Shown: positions 37,561 through 45,889 of the stretch, piece after piece
How positions within the stretch are numbered: the first letter of the stretch is position 1
Layout: each line of letters starts with the position of its first letter
NCBI GenBank assembly: GCA_012269595.1
Contig: JAAXJX010000011.1
Location: forward strand, 68,184 to 132,183
DNA: 64,000 bases
Origin: Planctomycetia bacterium
GTDB lineage: Bacteria; Planctomycetota; UBA8108; UBA1146
Reading direction: 5' to 3'
Program-made: the position numbers and the translations under genes
Notes under the pieces: generated by a model
The model's input: the letters and a program-made list of their open reading frames with translations, nothing else
Databases searched by the model: none
What the model was told of the DNA's origin: nothing

Positions 37561-38985
37561 ATGTTTGTCAGGCAGATCACAGACGATCAGTTGGCTCAAT
37601 ACAGCTATCTCATTGGCTGTCAGCGCACCGGTGAAGCCATCGTTTTCGATCCCATGCGGGATATCGACCGCTACGTCGACCTGGCGAAGCAGCAGGGGCT
37701 CAAGATTGTGGCCGCTGCGGAAACCCACATTCATGCGGACTTTTTGTCGGGACTCCGGGAATTGGGTGAACTTCCCGGTGTAGAGCTGTTTCTTTCGGGT
37801 GAAGGTGACAAGGAATGGAGTCCCCGCTGGCTCGATCAGCATTCAGGGGGTGGTTCCTATGATCATCGGCTTCTGAAGGATGGAGAGGTCTTCTCCATAG
37901 GAAATATCGACTTCAAGGTTCTTCATACCCCCGGACATACTCCTGAGCACTTGTCCTTTCTGGTCACCGATCGTGGGGCAGGGGCTGATCAGCCAATGAC
38001 ACTGATTTCCGGAGACTTTCTATTTGTGGGTGATCTGGGGCGCCCGGATCTGTTGGAGACCGCTGCTGGCCATGCAGGGTCGATGGAGCCCGCAGCCCGA
38101 GAGCTTTTCCAGAGTGCTCACTTGATCAACCTTCTTCCCGAGTTTGTTCAGGTCTGGCCCGGTCATGGATCTGGCAGTGCGTGTGGAAAAGCATTGGGCG
38201 CAGTGCCCACAAGTACCATTGGTTATGAAAAGAGATTCAATTCTGCCCTCTCCCATTCAGCGAGCGAAGAGGAGTTCGTGCAGAAAATCCTTTCGGGACA
38301 ACCGGAACCCCCTCTGTATTTTTCAGAAATGAAACGCCTCAACAGGGATGGGGTTCCGGTACTTGAAAAGATCAGAACTCCAAAAAGAATGAATGAGGAT
38401 CAGTTTGTTGCCGCTTATGAAAGCGGTGCCATCGTGGTGGATGCCCGCGATTGGGTACTGTTCAAGGAGCAGTTTTTGCCGGGATCCCTGTCGATCCCCA
38501 TGAACAGCAAGCTTCACTCGATGTTGGGCAGTTTTGTTGAACTCCAAGATCGCCTGCTTCTCGTGTGTGAAGAAGAAGACCTCAAGGTGCTGGTCCGTCG
38601 CCTGATCAGAATCGGATACGACAAGATTCTGGGGTGGGTCCATCCTGACGAAATCATCGGTTTAAGCAGTTATCTGGGAGCATGGGGAACGATTGAAGAG
38701 TCGGATCCGGTAGAGATTTCCACAAAGATCGAGTTATCGGGACGCAGGATTCTGGATGTTCGAAAATCCTCCGAATTTGAAAATGATCATATTCCTGGCG
38801 CAATCAACATCCCTCACACACTCTTGAGGTCTCGTCTCAAAGAGTTGGATCGTGGGGTGACCTGGTACGTCGTCTGTGAAACAGGTGATCGCTCTGCTCG
38901 CTCAGCCAGCTTTTTGAATGCCATGGGCTGGCCAGTCGTCAATCTCTCCGGTGGCATGCATGCATTGCGTGCGAAGAGGGTTTAA
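37561..38985 (+). CDS. Persulfide dioxygenase (MBL fold, ETHE1-like) fused to two rhodanese domains
   Basis: MBL metal motifs ETHIHADF and HTPGHTPEH, and a C-terminal rhodanese module (...VVCETGDRSARSA...). Start at the ATG with GGAGG 8 nt upstream; the ORF track starts at 37510. Confidence 0.85.
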   Translation: MFVRQITDDQLAQYSYLIGCQRTGEAIVFDPMRDIDRYVDLAKQQGLKIVAAAETHIHADFLSGLRELGELPGVELFLSGEGDKEWSPRWLDQHSGGGSYDHRLLKDGEVFSIGNIDFKVLHTPGHTPEHLSFLVTDRGAGADQPMTLISGDFLFVGDLGRPDLLETAAGHAGSMEPAARELFQSAHLINLLPEFVQVWPGHGSGSACGKALGAVPTSTIGYEKRFNSALSHSASEEEFVQKILSGQPEPPLYFSEMKRLNRDGVPVLEKIRTPKRMNEDQFVAAYESGAIVVDARDWVLFKEQFLPGSLSIPMNSKLHSMLGSFVELQDRLLLVCEEEDLKVLVRRLIRIGYDKILGWVHPDEIIGLSSYLGAWGTIEESDPVEISTKIELSGRRILDVRKSSEFENDHIPGAINIPHTLLRSRLKELDRGVTWYVVCETGDRSARSASFLNAMGWPVVNLSGGMHALRAKRV

Positions 38986-39581
38986 TGGCTATGGAAAAAG
39001 AAACTGTCCAAAAGAATCTTCAGAGAGGGCTTTCGAACGAAGAGTCCCGGGCACTGATTGAACGTGGACAGGCCCTGCTGATCGATGTGCGAGAACATGC
39101 CGAGTTTAAGGCAGAGGCGATTTCAGGAGCACTGTCGCACCCACTTTCAACATTTGACTCTGAAACCCTTCAGGTCTTCATGGGGAAGCGGGTACCGATT
39201 TTTTACTGTCGTACCGGCATTCGTTCTGAAGAAGCGTTACAGCGCTGGTTAAAAGAGGAGAGAGACGGATTCCATCTCGTTGAAGGAATCCGCAATTGGA
39301 CCTCTGCAGGTTTTGAAGTGAGAACTCGTCAGGCAGGGTCAAGGATCGATGTCATGAGACAGACCCAGATGGTGGCTGGATCCCTGATTTTAAGCCTGTC
39401 CTGTTTGGCCATTTTTGTGAATTCGCTCTTTTGGATCGGTTCAGTCGCAATTGGATTGGGCTTGTTCCATGCCGGAGCCAGTGGAACTTGTGGGTTGGCC
39501 ACGGTGATCTCCTGGCTCCCCTGGAATCGGCGAGTCCCTGTATCAGTTGTGGGTGATGCAGGAGTGGGATCGATTTCATAG
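38985..39581 (+). CDS. YgaP-like protein: rhodanese domain plus C-terminal DUF2892 membrane domain
   Basis: Rhodanese active-site loop FYCRTGIRS followed by two TM helices with a GxxxG-rich DUF2892-like segment. ATGG overlap with the upstream gene. Confidence 0.75.
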   Translation: MAMEKETVQKNLQRGLSNEESRALIERGQALLIDVREHAEFKAEAISGALSHPLSTFDSETLQVFMGKRVPIFYCRTGIRSEEALQRWLKEERDGFHLVEGIRNWTSAGFEVRTRQAGSRIDVMRQTQMVAGSLILSLSCLAIFVNSLFWIGSVAIGLGLFHAGASGTCGLATVISWLPWNRRVPVSVVGDAGVGSIS

Positions 39582-39924
39582 AAATTGAAGAGAGATTCCT
39601 CCCGACTTTAATGGCTGGGGGGGCGGCCTGGGACTTCCCATCCCTGCTCAGAGGGCAAAGAGACCTTTGAGTGGAGTCCGGGTCGAGACGAAGAAGGAAC
39701 TTCCGAATCTCAAGGTCGGAGTGCCTGAAAAAAGAGAGTTAACTCAGCTGCCAATGCACCTCCTCAGAGGCGGGCCAGCGATTCACCCCAAACGGTGTCG
39801 TTGGCCTCGCCTCTATTATTTTGGCGGGCCATGAGACATTTTTTTGCGGGACGGGATACCCCGAATCGTCACCAGCGTTCGCCTCAGAGAGGCAGAATAA
39901 TTTTGCCTCCAGGCAGGAGAAACA

Positions 39925-40118
39925 TGGAAATAGCCCTGGGGATTCTTTTCGTCGTCATTGCTGCCATTCCGGTGGTCTACCTGCTGAATGACAAACGTTT
40001 GAAGAAGCAAAAACGTCCTCATCCCCGATACACCAAAGATCAGGCTGTACGCCTGTTTTTGATTGGGGAGATGAACGATGACATCCTCGACAGCCTGGAA
40101 CGTGGCCCGGATCGTTAA
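39925..40118 (+). CDS. Small single-TM membrane protein (64 aa), hypothetical
   Basis: ATG with an AGGAGA RBS 4 nt upstream: MEIALGILFVVIAAIPVVYLLNDKRLKK.... Followed by a terminator hairpin at 40147-40178. Confidence 0.4.
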
Positions 40119-40146
40119 TCGCATTACCGTGAATGCCAAAAAGAAA

Positions 40147-40180
40147 TCCCGCTTCAGCCAATGACTGAAGCGGGATTTTG
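40147..40180 (+). terminator. Rho-independent terminator
   Basis: CCCGCTTCAGCC-aatga-CTGAAGCGGG followed by ATTTTGAATT. Confidence 0.55.
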
Positions 40181-40188
40181 AATTCTGG

Positions 40189-40265
40189 ATGGTGGGCGAT
40201 ACTGGACTCGAACCAGTGACCTCATCGATGTGAACGATGCGCTCTAGCCAGCTGAGCTAAACGCC
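40189..40265 (-). tRNA. tRNA-Val (anticodon CAC)
   Basis: The reverse complement GGGCGTTTAGCTCAGCTGGCTAGAGCGCATCGTTCACATCGATG...GGTTCGAGTCCAG...CGCCCACCA folds with anticodon loop TTCACAT. Confidence 0.85.
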
Positions 40266-40279
40266 CCCAAGTTTTAAAG

Positions 40280-40370
40280 TTGGTGCCGAAGAGAGGATTC
40301 GAACCTCCACCCGGTGTGAACCGGACCAGGACCTGAACCTGGCGCGTCTGCCAGTTCCGCCACTTCGGCA
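40280..40370 (-). tRNA. tRNA-Leu (anticodon CAG), class II with a long variable arm
   Basis: The reverse complement GTGCCGAAGTGGCGGAACTGGCAGACGCGCCAGGTTCAGGTCCTGG...GGTTCGAATCC...GGCACCA has anticodon loop TTCAGGT; 91 nt. Confidence 0.85.
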
Positions 40371-40502
40371 CAAGCAAGCATGAATATCCTTTCCCCCGGG
40401 GAAAGTCAAGACTCCCCGACGATGTTGGCCCAGTTCATGGTAAAACTCTTCCTTGACCCCGCTATTCGGGGGTGGATCGGGAGCGAGGAAGGAATCGATG
40501 CG

Positions 40503-40952
40503 ATGAAGGTGGTGGCCCAGAATCGACGGGCACGCTTCGAACTGGAGATCCTTGACACTCTGGAGGCGGGAATCGTCCTGCAGGGCTCCGAGGTCAAGAG
40601 TCTTCGTGCAGGCCAATGTGAAATGGTCGATGGTTTTGTCCGTGTTGAGGCGGGTGAGGCCTTCATGCACAAGGTGCGCATCGCAGAATACAGTCATGGT
40701 GGTTACTCCAATCATGAGCCGACCCGCAAGCGCAAACTGCTGGTTCACAAACGTGAGGCCAACCAGCTACGGGTCAAGATGGAGGAAAAGGGTCTGACCA
40801 TCGTCCCCCTGAAGATCTATTTCAACGAGAAGGGCAAGGTCAAGGTCGAGATCGGTATCGGTCGCGGCAAGAAGGCCCATGACAAGCGCAAGGCCACAAA
40901 AGACAGGGAAACGAAGCGGGAGATCGACCGCGAAATGCGTCGACGTCGCTGA
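40503..40952 (+). CDS. smpB: SsrA-binding protein SmpB
   Basis: Canonical SmpB sequence (MKVVAQNRRARFELEILDTLEAGIVLQGSEVKSLR ... KLLVHKRE...) with a basic C-terminal tail. Start set at the internal ATG to give 150 aa; the ORF track starts at 40380. Confidence 0.9.
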   Translation: MKVVAQNRRARFELEILDTLEAGIVLQGSEVKSLRAGQCEMVDGFVRVEAGEAFMHKVRIAEYSHGGYSNHEPTRKRKLLVHKREANQLRVKMEEKGLTIVPLKIYFNEKGKVKVEIGIGRGKKAHDKRKATKDRETKREIDREMRRRR

Positions 40953-41053
40953 CGAGTCGGGCTTTGCCTTGTCAGGATTCCTTGCCGAATCCGTAAATCA
41001 GGATAGATTAAGAGATCACACGTTTACTGTTTCTCAGTAAACGCGGTTCTGTC

Positions 41054-41406
41054 GGGGGCGAAACGGTTTCGACCGGACGATGGAACGTCGTGTGGCAGGT
41101 GGAGGTTGTCCGGAGGCCTCCTTAAACACCGGCAAAATTTTTGACTGCGAACAACAACTTCGCACTGGCTGCCTAATACTGGCGCCCCTTCCCCCGCGGC
41201 ATGTCCAGGGCCGCGGACGGAGGGCCATTTTTCTGGACTGGCCGAAGAAGACCCTGCCAGTGGTCTTTGAGGCGAGATCGAACTGGCGACCGTGGATCGG
41301 ATCCTGTCCGTTGGAGCTGACCTCGGTTTTAAAGAACGGACTATGCCTGTAGAAGCTCGGCGGGAAACGTTTCGGGACCCGGGTTCGACTCCCGGCGCCT
41401 CCACCA
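41054..41406 (+). ncRNA. ssrA: tmRNA (ssrA)
   Basis: The 5' end GGGGGCGAAACGGTTTCGAC pairs with the 3' end. The 3' T-arm-like GGGTTCGACTCCCGGCGCCTCCACCA ends in CCA. An internal tag-peptide frame ...GCG AAC AAC AAC TTC GCA CTG GCT GCC TAA gives (A)NNNFALAA. It lies immediately downstream of smpB. Confidence 0.85.
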
Positions 41407-41431
41407 TATTCAACACGCGTCTCTTGCGTGG

Positions 41432-41884
41432 TCAGGAAACGGCTCTCCTGTGCGCAAGCATGATCAGGGGAATCCCTATGGCTGTGGGGGTCAGCCAGGC
41501 AACCCACGGTGAGAACTGGTTGAAGAGGGGAAGTTCCATGGCATTCACGGCAAGGATGGCCGTGACCATGGCAATGTAGGACCCCAGCATTCCTGTGATA
41601 TGTTTTTTCAGCCAACCATTTGCTTTCCGCTTTGCGGCCAGAAAGCCGTAGAGGGCGAATGCATAACTGACGATGGCGATGAAAAACAGATACCAATGTT
41701 TATCCCAGGTCATGGTCGAGAAGATCATGCCGGTGGAGCAGGTCACCAGTACCAGCCAGTGGTATAGGTTGCCAGATCTTGTGTGCCAACCCCGGGATTT
41801 TTGGGTGAAACTCGCCAAAGGACCCAGAAGCAACCCCAGATTGGCGGCAGCCAGGTGGACGTAGAGCAGATAGTTTTCCCACAT
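41432..41884 (-). CDS. Hypothetical 4-TM membrane protein
   Basis: 150 aa with four hydrophobic helices and no recognisable motif; coding-like composition. Confidence 0.55.
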   Translation of the reverse strand: MWENYLLYVHLAAANLGLLLGPLASFTQKSRGWHTRSGNLYHWLVLVTCSTGMIFSTMTWDKHWYLFFIAIVSYAFALYGFLAAKRKANGWLKKHITGMLGSYIAMVTAILAVNAMELPLFNQFSPWVAWLTPTAIGIPLIMLAHRRAVS

Positions 41885-42077
41885 GATCAGCGACTCCTGA
41901 CGATCCCGGACGAAGGATCGTCATTCTAGTCAATCCGGCTCTCCAGTGACAGATTCATGAAGTGGTGGCGGCAGTCTCTCCACACTTCTTGCGATCAGTG
42001 GCAACTGGGCAGGAATTGGTTTAGATAATTCTATTCAGTAAGAACTGTGCTTTCTGACGGGGGCCGCAATCGGAATT

Positions 42078-43010
42078 GTGGGTGGTATGGGTCGCCGATC
42101 CCGAAAATCGCGAAATGAAGAAGAGGTTCTGGATGGCGGCATCGTCGTCTGGAAGCCGCGGGGACCATCTTCCCGCGCAGTGGTCAATCGTGTCCAGCGC
42201 CAGGTGGGGTTTCGGGGTCTCGGCCACTGTGGAACTCTCGACCCTCTCGCGAGTGGGGTCATGGTTCTCACCGGTGGTTTGGGCAGCAAATTCCAGCAGT
42301 GGCTGACGGTTCACGACAAGAGTTATATTGCAACCATCTGGTGGGGGTTGGGGAGTGACAGCGGTGACGCAGAGGGGCCCTTGTGGCGACCAGAGGAGCC
42401 CGTGTCGATTCCGACCAGAGCTGCCATCGAGGCTGTTCTGCCAAAGTTCCTCGGTGTGCAAATGCAGATTCCTCCCCGTCACAGTGCGATCCGTGTCGAC
42501 GGTCGTCGCTCCTATGATGAAGCCCGCGCTGGAGTGGAAGTTGACATGAAACCCCGGGAGGTTCGGATCGATGCTCTGGAGTTGCTGGAAGTGGAGGGGC
42601 CCCGTTGTCGTCTGCGAATCGATTGTGGTCCCGGGACTTACATCCGAAGCCTTGCCCATGATCTGGGATCGGCATTGGAGGTACCGGCAACCCTGATCGG
42701 CTTGCAGCGAACCGCTTGTGGAATCCACACCCTCGCTGATTCGACTCGTATCGATCAAATTGGCAGATCGGAGTGGTGGCCTCTGGAGCGGTTGGTGGAC
42801 CACCTGCCAAAGCAGGAACTCTCTGAGCCTGAGTGTCTGGTACTCGCACAGGGGCAGCAAATTCCCGGACAGATTTCAGAAGAATGCGTGGCATGGTCCG
42901 GTGGAGTGGTCCAGGGAATCCTTGAGCCTGCGGGGGACGGCACCATCAAGGCGCGTCGCTGGCTCTCCAGGGGGATCCGCAAGTGGGAATCGAAGGCTGA
43001 GACCGACTAG
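42078..43010 (+). CDS. truB: tRNA pseudouridine(55) synthase TruB
   Basis: Catalytic motif GHCGTLDPLASGVMVL and a conserved YIRSLAHDLG region. Start ambiguous between GTG at 42078 and ATG at 42087. Confidence 0.85.
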   Translation: MGGMGRRSRKSRNEEEVLDGGIVVWKPRGPSSRAVVNRVQRQVGFRGLGHCGTLDPLASGVMVLTGGLGSKFQQWLTVHDKSYIATIWWGLGSDSGDAEGPLWRPEEPVSIPTRAAIEAVLPKFLGVQMQIPPRHSAIRVDGRRSYDEARAGVEVDMKPREVRIDALELLEVEGPRCRLRIDCGPGTYIRSLAHDLGSALEVPATLIGLQRTACGIHTLADSTRIDQIGRSEWWPLERLVDHLPKQELSEPECLVLAQGQQIPGQISEECVAWSGGVVQGILEPAGDGTIKARRWLSRGIRKWESKAETD

Positions 43011-43975
43011 GGCCTCTCGAGCTTGACGGCATCGATGACGAGCGTTTTCTTGTGCGACGGGGGAACCGTCAGCAGCATCATCGACTGGATGTCGGTCCAG
43101 GTCAGATTGGGATCCTTTTTCAATTCCCTGGCGAGATCGACACGGAAATGATTCCAGCCTTTGCGACGGATCGTGATCTGATGTGAATAGCAGTTGTTAC
43201 GCAGGTAACCGGCGAGCCCGCCCGCGTTAGCCCAGCCCTGATTGCCACCCTGAATCGGATCGGTGCCGAAATAGACGATGTATTTTCCGAAGTTGTCGTC
43301 TTCATTGAAAATCGAGAAATTCAGCCAGCGGTAATCATCGACAACCACTTCTTCAAGACTGGCCAGCGGCAATCTGCCGAATGCAAAGTTCCCGAAGCCG
43401 CCAAATCCTGCTCCCCCGGTGTTTCCTGCAGACCAGATCAGGGCTCCCTTGCCTTCATGAATCACGTCCGGATCCTGGGTCAGGCGTGTCTGATTTTCGG
43501 GCCATGCTTCGCGGGCCTTTTTTTCCGGCTCCGGAGGATCGGTTTCAAAGGTCGCAAGATCGAAGAACAGTTCCGGATAGATGGTCTTGTGCAATTCTTC
43601 GAGGTGGGTGGACAAGGGCGTTGAGCCATACTTTTTCTGTTGGGTCAGCCAGCCGGTCCAGGCCTTGCGCCATTTTTTCTTTTCGATGTCCTTGCTGATA
43701 CGATCCAGCTTCTTCCCGCCCTTGGCGGCATCGACATAGGCGTCCACGATCTTTCGCGAAGCCTTGTCTGCAGTTTCCTTGACGATTTCCTGGAAAGCCC
43801 TGGTCGCTTCCTTCCAGTTCTTCTCAGAAAAAACGACGCAGGCTTCCTTGAACTTTTGAAGGGCTTCGGGAGTCTTGAAGGTGGGTTCTTTGTCTTCAGC
43901 ATTGATGAGGGCAGGAGCCTTCGCCTCGAGAAGGAGAGGAAGACCCAGACCAAAAGTGAGGCTGAAAAGAGCCAT
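43007..43975 (-). CDS. Hypothetical secreted protein
   Basis: Signal peptide MALFSLTFGLGLPLLLEAKA; start moved to that ATG (the ORF track extends to 44104). A Lys-rich helical N-terminal half and a Gly/aromatic-rich C-terminal half. Confidence 0.5.
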   Translation of the reverse strand: MALFSLTFGLGLPLLLEAKAPALINAEDKEPTFKTPEALQKFKEACVVFSEKNWKEATRAFQEIVKETADKASRKIVDAYVDAAKGGKKLDRISKDIEKKKWRKAWTGWLTQQKKYGSTPLSTHLEELHKTIYPELFFDLATFETDPPEPEKKAREAWPENQTRLTQDPDVIHEGKGALIWSAGNTGGAGFGGFGNFAFGRLPLASLEEVVVDDYRWLNFSIFNEDDNFGKYIVYFGTDPIQGGNQGWANAGGLAGYLRNNCYSHQITIRRKGWNHFRVDLARELKKDPNLTWTDIQSMMLLTVPPSHKKTLVIDAVKLERP

Positions 43976-44163
43976 CAGGCAAATTGGGAAAAAAAGATCC
44001 CGTTGCCCTGATCGTGGTTGGAAATGGTTCAAAGTTCCTCCTCGAAAGCAAAAATGTCCGTGGGGTCCGTTCTGACAGGCTTCGATCGGATCGATTCGGT
44101 GCACCCGGGGATGACGCCTTCTTTATTGGTGTTATTCTATGATTGAGTAAGGGGGAGATTCCA

Positions 44164-45855
44164 GTGAGCAACGAATTCATCGGACAGAACGTGATCGTTT
44201 TGGTCCAAAAATCGTTTTTGACCCATCTGTTGATCTTCTGCATGGTTTTGACCGGTTGCACCGCTGAAAGACCCACAGTCCCCGTTGAGAAGGTCTCAGA
44301 GGCTCCTGAGCCTGCTCCAAAAGCGGAAAAAGCCGTTACTCCCTCCTCGAAGGAGGCTCTCCCCGAAGAGTCTCTCTCTTTCCTCATGGAACCCAAACTC
44401 AAACGGGCAGACTTGCCGAAGCCCACCGATGAACAGATCGATCAGGCTGAGAACCTGGTGATGGGAGCGTGTAGCCGATGTCACTCTCCTTTGCCTGCGG
44501 ATGCCCTTCCGAAGGCTGCCTGGGAAAAGGTGATCCTCTCGATGGCTGAGATGACAGGACCCTGGGATCAGCCACCGCCCACTCCCGAAGAGCTGGCCAT
44601 CGCACTTTACTGGTATGAAAAGGAAGCCCCGGAATCGTTGGAGGTGGTTCGCCATCCCGCCGAGGAGGATTTGCAGTTTGAAGTGATCGGTTTGACACCC
44701 AGAGGGCTGGAAAAGGAACGCATCCCCGCGGTTTCTGACATCATGTTGCTCAAGGGTGAAAGAGGCGTTCCACAGGGGATTTTGATTTCCGAGTTGAGAA
44801 GCCGACGGTTGATGGCGATCCCTTACGGATCCATCGACTCGGGGTCGCTTCGTCCTTTCATGGGGCCTGTGGATTTCAATTATCCCGCAGCGATCTCTCA
44901 CGGTGACTATAACAATGATCGAAAGCTCGATATTTTTGTCGCCAGCCTCGGGGGCATGAATCCCACCGATGAAGAAAAAGGCGGAGTCTCCTACATCCTT
45001 TCAGAGGATGGCGGCTGGAGAACCGTATCGGTTCCCGTGAATCTGGGAAGAGCCTGCGACATCGATGTGGCTGATCTTGATCTGGACGGGGACACGGACA
45101 TGGTCGTTTGTGCGTTCGGTTTTCGTGGTCCCGGAAAGCTGCTGTGGTTGAAAAACATTCAGGATCAGTTCGTGGTCAAAACCCTCGATGAACGTGACGG
45201 ATTTGTCGCAGCGATCCTCGACGACATCGACGACGATGAAGACGAAGACATTATCGCCCTGCTCTCTCAGGAGCACGAAGTTCTGATTCAGTTCACCAAC
45301 GATGGCGAAGGCTCTTTTACCATGAAGGAACTTTTGCGCCTTCCGCATGCGGCATGGGGATCTTCCGATCTGATGCGGGTCGATATTGATCGGGATGGGG
45401 ATCGGGACCTGCTGTTGGTCAATGGCGACACACTCGATGACCATACTCCCAAACCTGTTCATGGAGTTCGTTGGCTGGAGCGAGTGGGGAAAGAGTTTGT
45501 GGGTTTCCATGAAATCCTGTTGTTGCCCGGTTGCGAGCGCGCCGCTGTCGGCGATCTCGATGGTGACGGCGATTACGATGTGGTCGGTGCTGCATTCATG
45601 CCGCAGATTCCGTCGGAAGAGTGGGGGCAATGGGACTCATTGGTCTGGGCGGAAAATCTCGGAGATTCCAAAGCGTGGGATGTCAAAACCCTGGAGGTGG
45701 GCAATCCGGTTCACTCTGCCGTTCATCTCGATGATCTCGATCGAGATGGGAATATGGATATTGTGACCGGAAACTACGTCTGGATACGGGGCAAAGGCGA
45801 AGATCAGATTCGCCGTGATTATTTGACCGTATGGAAGGGCCAACCACGGCCCTGA
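44164..45855 (+). CDS. FG-GAP repeat lipoprotein with an N-terminal CXXCH (Planctomycete cytochrome-C-like) segment
   Basis: GTG start with an AAGGGGGAG RBS. Lipobox LTGC. CSRCH motif. Multiple FG-GAP calcium-binding loops (DVADLDLDGDTDMVV, VDIDRDGDRDLLLV, GDLDGDGDYDVV, DLDRDGNMDIV). Confidence 0.8.
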   Translation: MSNEFIGQNVIVLVQKSFLTHLLIFCMVLTGCTAERPTVPVEKVSEAPEPAPKAEKAVTPSSKEALPEESLSFLMEPKLKRADLPKPTDEQIDQAENLVMGACSRCHSPLPADALPKAAWEKVILSMAEMTGPWDQPPPTPEELAIALYWYEKEAPESLEVVRHPAEEDLQFEVIGLTPRGLEKERIPAVSDIMLLKGERGVPQGILISELRSRRLMAIPYGSIDSGSLRPFMGPVDFNYPAAISHGDYNNDRKLDIFVASLGGMNPTDEEKGGVSYILSEDGGWRTVSVPVNLGRACDIDVADLDLDGDTDMVVCAFGFRGPGKLLWLKNIQDQFVVKTLDERDGFVAAILDDIDDDEDEDIIALLSQEHEVLIQFTNDGEGSFTMKELLRLPHAAWGSSDLMRVDIDRDGDRDLLLVNGDTLDDHTPKPVHGVRWLERVGKEFVGFHEILLLPGCERAAVGDLDGDGDYDVVGAAFMPQIPSEEWGQWDSLVWAENLGDSKAWDVKTLEVGNPVHSAVHLDDLDRDGNMDIVTGNYVWIRGKGEDQIRRDYLTVWKGQPRP

Positions 45856-45889
45856 ATTCGAAGTCGGGATTCAGATCTGCTGAGGGTAA

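Noticed and set aside
41024-41696. Two - strand ORFs (130 and 220 aa) overlapping 41054-41406
   Set aside because: The region is the tmRNA gene (5'-GGGGGCGAAACGG...TCCACCA-3' with the ANNNFALAA tag frame); the ORFs are artefacts of a structured RNA gene.
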